This document shows positions 1-12,389 of a stretch of 64,000 bases of DNA, piece after piece. The stretch lies in assembly GCA_000320545.1 (NCBI GenBank), contig ADNK01000002.1, positions 62,001 to 126,000 of the forward strand, given 5' to 3'. Numbering within the stretch: position 1 is the first letter of the stretch; each line of letters begins with the position of its first letter. This DNA is from Bigelowiella natans CCMP2755 (lineage: Eukaryota > Protista > Cercozoa). Made by a program: the position numbers and the translations under genes. The notes beneath the pieces were generated by a model that saw nothing but the letters and a program-made list of their open reading frames with translations, did not search any database and was not told where the DNA came from.

Positions 1-631
1 AAGAAGAGGCAGATGATATGGATTGGAGAATAATGAAGTATTCCAACAGGCTCTCAACGTATTCCTATTACCACTCAGACTATACTATTAATATGCTGTA
101 CTACTACGGTGAAACATGTTTAATGAAAATAAAGTGATGGTTATTCTCCACCGTCATAATTGATCGAGCGATTCTTTCATTCCTCTTCTTATTCCTCTTT
201 TAGGAAACAAGATGCAAAGGCTACAAAGGCGCTAAAACTAGAAGTAGTGCTTGCCACTATATAGATAATCAATAAGGATAACAACATAAACAACCATATT
301 TTTGGTATATAGGCTGAATTGAATAGGGCAAGAAAAGAGGCAAATACTTTGGTATGTAACTATCCCATTTCAGTATGTAATGGCTATACGATGAAGATTA
401 TATTTAATGATGATGATATTGATACAAAGTTGTTAGAAGGACAGTTAAGAACATATTTAATGATGATGATATTGATATACATTTGTTGTTGGAACGACAA
501 TTAAGTAATTACCTTTACTATGGACGATGATAGTAGTAGTAATATTCTACTTTTTAAGAAGAAGAAAAAGAAGAAGAACAAGAACAAGAGCATATATACT
601 ACTCAAATATAATTTTCCAATATGTGAATTG

Positions 632-670
<39 letters not shown>

Positions 671-1035
671 GCACACACATACGCACACACATTTATATAT
701 GCAATATACGTTCGTGGAGCACCGAAACTTGGTTATGATAATATTATCCATCATCATCCTCATAACCATCTCAAATTGTCGTAAAACTGCAGATTCGAAA
801 GCAAGCAATCTATGGAGGCATATCATATGACCAAAATCATCGTCTGGAAGAGCTGCAAAAATCAATTCCATTGAAAGAAGAACAACTTGAATGCTTTGTG
901 GCAGATCTAGAAGAGTCTATCGAGGTGTTTAACGTTTTTCAACGCACGCAACATACAACTAACTGCTACCGCAAATAGAGAAGATATTTGAGAAACATAG
1001 AGGGAAAGAGAAAGATTATTCCAACTTGCGAATAG
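1..1035 (+). CDS. 3' part of a coiled-coil protein resembling the central region of kanadaptin (SLC4A1AP); 5' end lies outside the window
   Basis: GT-AG exons <1-58, 204-243, 313-351, 793-924 and probably 979-1035 splice in frame to EEADDMDWRIMKYSNRLSTKQDAKATKALKLEAELNRARKEANTLIRKQAIYGGISYDQNHRLEELQKSIPLKEEQLECFVADLEESIE-RRYLRNIEGKRKIIPTCE*. The pattern W..Y...L..KQ...K...E...I..K...GG...Q...I...E.LE...L.ESI recalls plant/protist kanadaptin (from memory, not searched). Confidence 0.5.
402..507 (+). repeat. Two imperfect tandem copies (~54 bp) inside an intron
   Basis: atttaatgatgatgatattgata...ttgtt(a/g)gaa(g/c)gaca(g/a)ttaag occurs twice back to back. Confidence 0.7.
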
Positions 1036-1374
1036 TAATGTGCTACTGGTTACAGGGATGATGATGATGATGACAGCCCCTGCTCTATTCCTTTGTTATT
1101 TACACTGCAGCAGCAGCAAAATAAAATACCTTCAAAGATGTAAAGAGATGAAATGATTACATTCGTGCACAATGCAAGCATTTTTCTTATTTCCTATTCT
1201 TCTTCTTCTTCTTCTTCTTCTTCTTCTTCTTCAACTATTCCATGTTGATGCTATGATTGCCAATTTCTTGGTGAGATAAATTTATCAATTTAAAACCAGG
1301 CAAATCGCCATAAAAGAGAGAAAGAGAAATACAGAAAAGGCAAACAGAAGAAAAGGGGACAAGGAGATCTTGAG

Positions 1375-2713
1375 ATGGAATCATCATCATCATCATCATC
1401 ACCAACCAAGGAGGTATCCTTCATTTACGGAGGACGAAAACAACAAAGAAATCGATGCGGCAGTACTGGTTGTTCTCCACCCTTGATATTCATTTTGAAA
1501 TTTGTGATTCCTCTATTACTCCTTATAGTATTATGCGGCTGGAATCATGGTTATATTTTTATTTTCTCTCTCTTTTCCAAGAATTTCTAGTGATACTCCT
1601 TCCTTCATTACATCTCAATCATTCATATATGATGACTCGATTTGTCATCATCAGTTGACCATCCTTTGTTGTTTTATTGTAATTTATATGATGATAACAG
1701 ATGATAGCGAGGAGAGTGGAAGTGGCAGTTGTAGCTCTTCCACAAGTACCAGCCATCAAATATACAAAAACCGCATGGAAAAGCAAATGATGATAAGAAA
1801 TCAATATTCTCGCAACTTAAACACAAGATACGAGGATGGACAAACAGATGACCAGGAATCAAAACAAGATTATAATAAGGGGTACTACTGCAAATTTACT
1901 ATTCAAAGCAGAATAATCAGAACCTTTGTAATTTTTGGTATTTATGGAGTGTTGTTTTCACTTATACAATGCTTGATTGGTATGGAAATATCCTAACGTG
2001 ATTTCTATAAATCAAGATTAATTTTTATAATATCACGGAGCAATCCTCACAATCAAATTTTGGTATTATGATCAGGAAGAAGCATGGTTTGAAGGAGAAT
2101 AAGCTTGATGATCTTATGGTAATGAAAAAAAGCTAGAAAGTGGTGTATACTCTCGTCGCTATGCATATATGATGATTGTAGTGTAAATTGCAAAGGTAAT
2201 TGACCCACTCATTCGTTCTATTGTGATCTTACTTGTTGCTTCTCCTAATGTTTCTTCTTGTTCTTCTTCTAGTATGAACGTGAGGTTTTAATATTTTTGG
2301 AGAAACAACTGAACGAATCGCTTACAATCGAAGCAGCAGCAGTTATGAAGGCGCAACAGGAGCAGCTCCTTTCTCCCTCTTCAACAACAAATTTACCAGC
2401 ATCAGCAGAAGTAGCTGCGGCCGCCATTCAATCAGCAGTACTTGATAATAATGATGATGATCATCACATAAACAATGAGGAGGAGAAGGAGGAGGAGGGC
2501 CACGACGTTGATCCTATAGATGCATATATGAATAAAATCATCGTTTCATCGCCAACGAAAGAATCACGGGGGGGTAGAACAGCAGGGACTAGAGCTAGAG
2601 GAGGCAGCAACAACACTTCTACCAACACAAACTTGTTGAAGAATATTTGGAAGCGATTGAATGACGTCAAAGATAAACTGAATCACACACGGAACTTACT
2701 CAAAACCATGTAG
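1375..2713 (+). CDS. Hypothetical multi-exon membrane protein
   Basis: ATG 1375 opens MESSSSSSSPTKEV...FILKFVIPLLLLIVLCGWNH (hydrophobic helix). Further exons lie near 1701-1880, 1921-1979 and 2075-2118, and the last exon 2273-2713 (YEREVLIFLEKQLNESL...LNHTRNLLKTM*) follows a ttctag acceptor. Internal phase is not fully resolved. Confidence 0.5.
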
Positions 2714-3308
2714 TAGTAGTAGTAGTAGTAGTAGTAATAGTAGTTATTGACGTCGTACTGAATAATAATGATCATGATGATGTCATGGTAGTTGTTGATG
2801 TTCTCTCACGTTGGAAATGCCATTAACATTCATCTTGATTGTTTTATCATACATAATTTGAGCATACGAGATTAAAATGGAGAAATTTTAGTATCATGGT
2901 TTTTCGATGAAGGTCCTTTCAGTCGCCATCTAGATGCATCAGTAGAGTGCTATTTGTGTTGGTTCTGAATAACCTCATCTTCCTCCTTCTATTTACATCC
3001 CCACCCCGTTACTACTATCAATCAGGGATCCTCTTGGCTTCTACTCTGAAGCACCAGAATTAACACGAAAGATTCGCATAAAAGCGGTTGGATTTGACTA
3101 CACAATAGAAGGCAAAACAGGAGGTGTGGATGAAAAGATGATGATGATGATGATGATGATGATAATGATGATTGCTTCCATAGCTGCTGCTGCTGCTGCT
3201 GCTACTGATTTTGAAACCAAATAGCAAATCAGCTGCAGTAGAGCGTGCACGAGGAATCATATTTAAGCATGAAAGAACATTAAGATAGAACCTATCAATC
3301 CCAATATA

Positions 3309-3343
<35 letters not shown>

Positions 3344-3429
3344 CGACGACCACGACGATGACATTGATTCTCTATTGTTATTTGTGAAATAGAAAATAAA
3401 GACAGAACCAACCCCCATGTTTCCACTGG

Positions 3430-3924
3430 ATGATGCTCTGTTATCCTGCTGGTTTCATGCTGCTGCTGCTACTGCTGCTACAATTTGTATTCATGTCATC
3501 ATATATTATTATCACAACTACTACTACTACTGCTACTACTACTACTTCAGGAAATGGTGCCAACAGCAACGCCAACTTTATCGACGGCGATCACAGAGAT
3601 GATGATCATCATCATAGGAATGATGACTTGCTCGAATCGCACACCAACAGCTACGTGAATCGGTTTTGGAAAAGAAATAATCTTCTGCTGCAGCATTCAG
3701 AAATGAAACAAGTACCAGATGAAAATGATGAGAAGAAGGTGTTTATAATAGGCCTTTGCTCATTACTAAAAAATTGCATAATCACTAATTCTATGTATAT
3801 TTTTTTGCCTTGAGAGTGAAGAGTAATACATTGGTGCTAATTGAACAATGAATTCTTTTTCTTGAGAGAAAGAAGAGAGAGTGCAAGCAAGTAAGCAATA
3901 AAAATATATTATTTTGCAGTGGTT

Positions 3925-3981
<57 letters not shown>

Positions 3982-4024
3982 TGAGTGTGTGTGTGTGTTT
4001 GCGTTTGGTTCTAGGATCATCATT

Positions 4025-4059
<35 letters not shown>

Positions 4060-4862
4060 ATTTCACTGGATGCGATGATATCAGATCGTATCGGAGCAAC
4101 GTTTGCTATCACATCGATATTTAGAGCAAACTGAGGTTGTTGTTGTTGATGATGATGATGATGATGATGACGATGATGACGACGATGATATATGATGAGC
4201 TTTTGTCTATTTACATATTATATCAGTTGTTCAATTTTTGATGATGCTACAATGTACCACTTTAAATATGCTCCTTCTGCTTACCCTGCAAAATAAGGGG
4301 AAAGTAGAAGGGGGTGCGGGCTGAATATGGTTACAGCTGCCACGTAGTAACATTCAATGAAGAATATATATGCTGAGGAGAATGATAGTTGCATTTGTGC
4401 AAATAATGCCAATAATGATCATATTATTCACAGCAATTCAGTCATAAAACGCCCCTACCTACCCCCCTCTTGTTATTGATCAGTCGGCGCTGAGATTGTT
4501 CAGAGACTCTTCTATTGCTACTGCTACTAATCAAGCAGCTACTTTTGTAAACAATATTGACAATGAGAGACTCATGAGAAATCATCAGTTGCACGATCCA
4601 ATAAAAGATCACTTAAATTCGAGAAGAATAATAAGACTTAACAATGCTGCTGCTGCTTCCAAAGCTGGAGCCCACCAAAGGAATACAACTACAAGTCCCA
4701 CAGAAGGAGGAGGAGGAGGAGTGACCCTTGGCACACGAATCCAGCCAGAACAAATAGTAAATGATAACTATAATAATCAACAGGAGATCAAAGGCGGCCT
4801 TTATATTCCTAAAGTAGTAAAAATGATATTAATTAAATTAATGGAGCTGCTACTGTAAATAC

Positions 4863-4895
<33 letters not shown>

Positions 4896-5210
4896 ATTGA
4901 TAATGGTGGTGGTGATGATGATTTACACCGTTGTTGTTTTAGTTGAATGTAGTAGTATTTTGAGTGTTTATCTTCGTGCTTTGTCTATCGTTGACTAGGA
5001 GATGGTTGACAAATATGATCCTTATCCCACTGGAAATGATGATGATAATAATGATGACGGCAATGAAGGGGCTATTGTCGGAAGGACCAAGAATAACAAC
5101 AAAATGGTGGTAGTTAGTTAGTGAATCGGTGTTCAGCGGGGGAAATTTTTAACTCATTTGATGACTCCTCATACTGCTCCTATTTGCAAGATTCAAAATA
5201 ATATATGTGA

Positions 5211-5250
<40 letters not shown>

Positions 5251-5824
5251 TATTTACATATTAGACTGGTGGCGCTATTATCGATGACGACGATGATGAA
5301 CATGAGCAAGAAATGGACGAAGAACAACAGGTAGTAGCAGCTATCCTATCCTATAGCCCTGCTCGTGATAATGGTTGTGGTGGTAAACATAATTATGATG
5401 CTGTAAGTGAAAGATGATAGAGCGTATTTATCATCGTCATCATAATCATTATTGTCATTAGGAGCAGCTCAGGCAGCAAGTTGAACAAGAATTGGAGATT
5501 TTATCTCGCCCTTTCAGTAATCCCACGGAACGTGAAGAACAACAAAGTGATAATCTACCAAAAGCTGATTCTTCATATTTTAATGAGATGCCGAAGAAGA
5601 ATGAACAAAAGACTACTATGGGGATAGGGGCAGCAACAGCAGCGATACAAGGAAAGGCGTCGTCGATTGTGAGGGACAATAGAATTGCTGCAGCAGAAAT
5701 GAAGATGATGAAAATGGAGAAAGAGGAAGAAGAGGAAGAATCTGCATACCTGAAGGTAGTAGTTGTTGTAGTAGTTAGTGGCAGTCTAATCAATACTCGA
5801 TGATAATGATAATGATAATGATGA

Positions 5825-5855
<31 letters not shown>

Positions 5856-5972
5856 CGGAGTGACCATTTTAATTATAATAATTGTAGCAGCAACTTGTCA
5901 TGTTGTGATGATGTCGTAGTAGTAGTGGTGGTAGCTTAGAAGGTTGTTCTTCATCCTTTAGTAGGTAGCAGC

Positions 5973-6003
<31 letters not shown>

Positions 6004-6800
6004 AGAGGAGGAGGAGGAGGAGGAGGAGTGTCAAAAGAAGATTATTTTTATCAACAACTTATTACACCTTATTGTGGTAGTGTGTACCATACATATAGTG
6101 TTCTTTGTTGTCATATATTGTACTGACTAACATTTGTGGTCATTCATAATATTTTTAATTTTCTGTAGTTCAAATCAGAGTATGCAGAAGAAGATGCTTT
6201 ATTGAAAACGTGAGTAGCAACTATGTACTGTCGTTTTATCTATTGATTATTCGAAAAGCGATTAGAGTATTCCACGTTGTTTATTACAAGCACATGCAGT
6301 TGCCACTTGTTGCTATATCATCGCACAAGCATTCATCCTCATTTGTCACATGTTGTATATATAGCACTAAGTCCATATTTTGCTTCTGTTCTCTTCCATG
6401 CTGCTTAGGGAGATACAAACCCCGGAGGGACTCAAAGGATTGGGAATATCCAGCATCAAAGATATTTTGTATGATATAATAATAAGGCTGCTGCAACATT
6501 AACTTACTGTTCCAAATATTTCTATCTCATTGTAGGGGTATGAGGCTACAACCAAAGATTCAACTCAAAAGCATGCATAGGGAATTGTATGATCGAAGCC
6601 TAAGACCAGACAAGCATGTGTACAGGCATGGTTTAGAGGTCATTGAGAGATTGATATTAAATAAAGGAAGAAGAAGAAAAAAGCTGATATTCAACCTGTT
6701 TGTTGAATGTGCAATTACCTCATTGTTCTTGTATGTGCACAACTAGGACCAAGAAATATATGACCAAGTGTTTGCCAGGCCACGAAGATGATTGGAATGA
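3430..6800 (+). CDS. Hypothetical low-complexity protein with an N-terminal signal/anchor; 3' end uncertain
   Basis: MMLCYPAGFMLLLLLLLQFVFMSSYIII leader, then exon-like blocks flanked by GT/AG at ~4484-4813, 4999-5106, 5266-5330, 5462-5755, 6169-6209, 6411-6470 and 6536-6638. No recognisable domain. Confidence 0.4.
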
Positions 6801-6989
6801 TCAATACAGCGAAAGTTTGAATGCGGATGAACGCATGTGCTCTACCGATTCTCCATTCGAAATGACAATTTGTGTCACATTGTTAGCAGCACAATTTGCC
6901 CTGGTCCCTCGTTCTGAACATGTCATTCTGCCTGGAGCAATGATGAAATCTGGCATGCATAATTTTCTGTTTCAAATGTTCAAAATCTA

Positions 6990-8460
6990 GTGAACATGCA
7001 GATTGCTGGATGCATGTGCGCTGGGTTTCCTTGGCAATCTGATCTGTCTAGCTGTGTGCATTTTTCATTCGATTTTGATTGTCTAGTTGTGTGCTTTCTA
7101 GCTTTGCATCACCTAGTCATGCGTCAATGAAAAACGTTGCAGAGTGTTACACATAGCAAGGCACAACATGCTAGCATGCTGGCATGCAATTTCTCTTGCT
7201 GCACGCTTGAATTGTCCCAACGTGCATGTGCACACACAACAGGAAGGAGCTCAACTGATGTGCACACGTGCACAGACACACTTCACGTCTGGATGTGTGC
7301 AGCAACCAAGCAAGAGAACTGGAATGAGCTAGCCAGCACCAGAGTGGGGTGGATTGGTCAAGGAAAGTGGCTCGATGTGTCACAGGTGCCCCCAGCTAGC
7401 CTGGCATCGTTGATGATGGACATGCACACGCATGGTGAACAGTGCGAGCGTGCAACCGTCTGAACACGTGCCTGCACGTGATGTCCAGATCTGGAGTGAT
7501 GCTGTGGCATACCTGTCCAGCTAGCTAGCTGTGCCCAGCTAGCCAGTCTAGCAGTGCGGGCGTGCCAGCGTGCCACGCTGCACATTCCGATCCAGATTTG
7601 GTTGGACGGCTTGATCAGACCAGCTAGCCAAGCCAGCACGAGAGCACTGGAGCAGTGCACGTGTCAGCACGCACCAGCTAGCTAGCTAGCTAGCTGGCCA
7701 GGGCGCCTGCTGCTAGGAGTCACCCAGTCACGTTGCGCGTTGCGTTGACGTGTTCGGGCGCGACCACGTTGGCACGGAAGTGCACCCTGTGCACACGGAG
7801 ACTGCACACTGGCACAAGTGGTGTGTTTTGTTTCGCTTGACGCGAGCGCCAGAGCGTGCTGGCGTGCACCACTGAGTCCACCGCTGGACCTAGCTAGCTA
7901 GCCAGCTGGAGACCGCTCTGGCGCTCCAGTTTTGGTGCGCTGTGATGCAAAACGAACACGTTTGCTAGTTTGGTGGTTGTTCAGTTGTGACGTGCACGCC
8001 AGCTTTGGTCATGGTTCCATCGAGTTTCGCTGGTTCGGACGCCCGCAGCCTTGGCAGTTGCTTGTTTGCACTTTTTTTTTCCAAAATCTCCTCCAGAGCT
8101 GCAGCCATCGATTTCAAATCGTTCTTGCACACCCGTGTTGAGCAATGAACTCGAAGGTGCAAAAGTCTGACCGAAGTGCTCGATCAGCACGTCCTGCTTT
8201 TCCCACAGACCTGAAAGTTGTCTGAAAGTTCAACGCTGGAATGCCCCGGGTGAACGTGAATGGGTGAACGAATGAAGCTTTTTCAATGCACAAGAAAAAG
8301 AGAAATCTGGAAAGGAGATTGTCGCGATTGGTTGATCATGTTCCAAAGTTTCAAAGAACCCTTTCGATCATGCTCACCATCGAGGTGCAACTGAGATGGT
8401 CCCTGGGAGACACTTTCTGTGCTGCCTCAAATCAGCTCTGCATTTTCTTGAACAATTGCA
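6990..8460. other. TpA-depleted, CTAG-retaining intergenic tract 1
   Basis: Manual count for 7156-8460: one TA outside CTAG (7510) against about 17 CTAG. Rich in CA/TG, with (GCTA)n runs. Confidence 0.9.
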
Positions 8461-8703
8461 TAAATCCCGGGATTGAGAGAGATTTAATGGAAATACCATC
8501 AAGCTGACACCTCTTTCTGCTGCTTCTGTGCACACGCGTGTGAATCAATCTGCGGAACAAGGGCGACGATTGTTCCTTCTTTGCGACATGATGATTGTGT
8601 TGTCGCAGAAGCAGGATGCACCATGATCTTTTTCACCAGCACAACTTTGGCAAATCTACCCCTACATAGACAGGCAGGGCAGACAGCCAGGCAGGCAGAA
8701 AAA

Positions 8704-10606
8704 ATGGGAAACGGTGTGCACCTTCGGAACAAGTACAAAAAGAAAGGGACCCTTGGAGCAGGGGCTTCTGCTAGGGTGTGGCTAGTTGAGGACAAGAAGA
8801 CGAAACACCTTCTCTACGCTGCAAAATCAATTCCAAAGGTGCACATAGGTGCATTACACATGATGTTCATTGTGAAGGATGTGTCAAACTGTGAAACTTG
8901 GTTAACCCAGGCAACCTTGAACAACGATGAACGAGATTTGGTTGAACAAGAAATTAAGATCCTAAAATCGATAAACCACAAGCACTGCTGCAAGCTCATA
9001 GAAGCATTTGAAAGTGAAAAGAAAATTTATATAATTCAGGTTTGTAGATCTAGAGATAGTTCTTTGTAAAATATATGTTGCTACATGGACACACTTATGA
9101 ATTTCTTTCCTATTTTAAAGGAATTAATGAGAGGTCCGACTCTCTTCGATAGATTCCTTCAAAGTTCTACCGAAGATATTACTGAATGGCATGTTGCTGC
9201 AGTTGTACAGAAAATTGCCAAGGCGTTGCACTACCTACACAGTAAGGTAGACGACTGACTGCAGATTTTGTATTACCTGCATTAATACTTTCTAACTCAG
9301 GGAATCATTCACCGAGACTTAAAACCCCAAAACATCATGTTTGCACTAGTAAGAATAAAATGTCACTTTCTTCTATATGGCATTGTGATCTGGGCAATAA
9401 CAATCGGTATTAATGTGCTTTTAGCCCTCCCACAAAGACCGTGCGATGAACTCACTAAAAATCCTTGACTTCGGGTATCATTTTGAGTACTTATCTTCCA
9501 GATTACTTCATGATGAAATCCTTGCGTGTTATATCAGATTTGCGAAGAAATTAACCAAAAAATTCACTCATTCCTCGCGAGGAACCCCCCAATATGTTGC
9601 TCCTGAGGTTGTTTTTAAGAACGATAAAAACAAAATCGAATACGGAACCGGGTAATTGCTTTATCTCTTTTATCTATCACTTTTCGGATGTACTAGAATT
9701 CACCACTTTCACAATTTGTCAGCTGTGATATGTGGTCACTTGGAGTGATCATCTATGAGCTCATGAGTGGAATCTCGCCATTTGAACGCAGAAATACACT
9801 TCCTGCCTTTTTTAAACATGTAAGAAACTTACATGATTCGATGGTTTTCTCTTAGTCATCCATATTAGGTAAGAAAAACAGAAATTCGATTCCCACGAAG
9901 ATATTGGGAGGGAACCTCAAAGGAGGTTCAGCAACTTGTGCTAGGCTTAATGGAAAAAGATCCGTCGAAAAGACTAACAGCTGAGGAGGTATAGTTGCAA
10001 TTGTGTTTACTAAGAAATGTAACATATTGCGTCAATCAAAGGTAATCAAGCATCCATGGGTTGCAAAACATTGTGAGGAATATGAAATCTCCATGACGTC
10101 TCGGCACACGAACAAATATCGCGAATTTAGCAGTAACAACAATCGGGGACGACAAGTCAAAGCCTTGGTGAGACCTTACTTCATAAAATTGTCATTTAAG
10201 TGTGCTTTCTTGCTTTCTTGTAGTCGATCTGCAGAGTTAAGCACTTGATAAATTTCTACGTATAATGTTGATCATGACACTCAAAACTCAAAACAGATCG
10301 CTGTCGATAAGTTTCGAAGAACTGCTAGGGATCTAATCCGTATAGGACGATGGGTAAATACGACCTCTACCATTCCTGCTAAATCACTTCTTCTTGATAA
10401 GGTGAATGATCCCCCCTTTTTTTATAAATACAATTTAGCGTGAGTCCGTAGACACGTTGCTGAAAGGGGTCACAGAGTCTGGACTTGATATAGATCTGAA
10501 AACAATCATCTTCAAAAATTTGGACGATGTTCGGCAATTTCTATGGCATAGCAACACTGCCCAAAGCACATCCTCCGGAGAGTACGATGATAGCGAGAAC
10601 ACCTAG
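8704..10606 (+). CDS. Ser/Thr protein kinase, CAMK group, 11 exons
   Basis: Exons 8704-8838, 8911-9039, 9121-9246, 9301-9348, 9425-9474, 9538-9651, 9723-9819, 9869-9988, 10042-~10167, ~10297-10401 and 10439-10606 give LGAGASARV, YAAK, EQEIKIL, HRDLKPQN, DFG, GTPQYVAPE, DMWSLGVIIYELMSG and DPSKRLTAEEVIKHPW. All catalytic motifs are intact. Confidence 0.93.
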
Positions 10607-10739
10607 TTCCTAATCTTGAAAAAGGATCCCAATCTTAATTGGATGGAGTCACTCCATTCTATTTCAAAGAGTTTCCAAAGCTGTTTCATTGTTCTCATCA
10701 CGTCGTGTCAACATGTATAGCGCATATCATTCTCTTGAA

Positions 10740-12230
10740 AATCATTTCCTCAATTTTGCTTGACACAGCGCGACACATCTAGACATGCATGCATGAATGT
10801 CAAGTCAACACCGCGTGTGGGTTGTGTGAGTGCATCATTTTTCAATCTTCCATTTTTTTTCTGCACAGTGCACATCCGCATGCATCATCATGACAATCAC
10901 CAGCACCTTTAGACCTGTTTTAGCCCCGCTAGCTAGCTAGCCGCTAGCCCGATCGATCACTGCATTCTTGCATTGCAAACAAACATGGCATTCCAACTGT
11001 GACAAAAGCGCAAACGCACTAGCGCAGTGCTAGAGCAGAACGGCCGGTGTGCATGTGCGGCAAATTCAGCAGTCTGGCTAGCTGGCAGTCTAGCAGTCTA
11101 GCAGTGCCAGCTAGCCAGACTAGCAGAGCTAGCTAGCTCTAGAGCTAGCAGAGTGCAACACACACTGGCACTTTCGAATTGCTGGAGCAACAGCATGCAT
11201 TTGAAAGAATGTGCTTCACATCATTCATTCATTTCCTCATTCATTTGAGTCAGCACACCTGCTAGCCTGGACACTCCGATGCTCCTTTCAGGTTCCCTCC
11301 TTCCATGAACCAACCAGGTTGTCAAGTGTCACGCATAGGCGCCAGCACGCTGGCTAGCCAGCTAGCTGCTAGCTGGCACGCTAGCACGGGACGTCCAGAC
11401 GTGGCAACCAGTCCATTTCCCCAATGAGTGGATTCGTGGAGGAGTGTGGAAGAGTTGGCACACTTCATGGTGAAATGCCCACGTGCTCTGCCACAACGTT
11501 CACGTGTTCGCATTGTCTGGTTGTGCCAATTGAGTTGTGTGCACCTTGAACCTTGAACCTGAATCATTCGTTTGCTCATTTTTCAATCAAGAGCTCATCC
11601 ACACATCCTCCCCGTTGAACACTGAACATTGAACTGAGCATTGATGCAAAACAACGTGCGCAAGAACCACATGCTGCATGCCAGCATGGGCGCCTGCAAA
11701 CAAAAATCATTGCGAGGACAATGAACAATGAGAACAATGAGAACAATGATGAAAAACCACACTTCCAAAGTGTGACAAGACACTTGCAATGATGTGCGAA
11801 ATGCAGTGCCTCGAACTGGCTTCAGCTAGTCAGTGAGCACTGACTAGCAAACTAGCGGGATTCATGCAAATTGGCACGTACCAAACATTGAATGCATCAC
11901 AACTAGCAGCCAAATGACGACGACGCAAAGCATCCATCCTGAGCAGGAACTTCCTGACAGCTACGTCCACACGGAGATCAACGTTGGGGACAACCGAGGG
12001 GGCGCCGAGCAAGACTCTGGTCTTGACAGAGTCGGGGGCATCAAAAAATGAAGAGCAAGCAGGAGATGCAGGGCCGAGAGCTGCTCTGATGCCGGAGAAC
12101 AATTGAATTCTCACAGCATTCAAGTGAGCACAATGATGGATGAGGTGGTCAACACTTTGAACAAGCAAGCAGCTTGCCACAAAAGGAAAATTGATTCAAA
12201 AAATCATTTTGAATTTGCTGAAAAGTGTCC
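10740..12230. other. TpA-depleted, CTAG-retaining intergenic tract 2
   Basis: About 5 non-CTAG TA in ~1.5 kb (10910, 10921, 11336, 11879, 11962), against more than 20 CTAG, many in GCTAGCTAG runs. Confidence 0.9.
11718..11814 (+). repeat. Dispersed repeat family A, copy 1 (homologous to 63781-63870)
   Basis: (acaatga)n-gaacaatgat...ttccaaa.tg..acaagaca.ttgca.tg...cgaaa.gcagtgcctcga is shared with 63781-63870. Confidence 0.8.
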
Positions 12231-12389
12231 TGTATTTCTACTTGACGACACAAGATCCTGGTGAGAAAAAGTACAAAAACATTAAGAACAAGAATCAACA
12301 ACGGTCTTATTACCTACCGCCCTTGTTCTACTTCTGCAAGCTAGTAAAGGAGGAGGAGGAGGAATTACCTCTTGCTACAGCAGGGAAAG

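Noticed and set aside
7137-8190. ORFs in tract 1 (likewise 11322-12180 and 63050-64000)
   Set aside because: Same stop-codon depletion artefact; His/Cys/Ala-rich with LAS repeats translated from (GCTA)n.
6990-8460. Classical RIP or CpG-methylation decay as the cause of the CA/TG excess
   Set aside because: RIP would raise TA, and CpG decay would deplete CG; here TA is absent and CG is common.
8581-8703. ORF-track extension of the kinase upstream of ATG 8704
   Set aside because: It begins at a non-ATG codon in TA-poor DNA, and the ORF also reads through the 72-nt intron 8839-8910. Upstream exons cannot be excluded but are unsupported.
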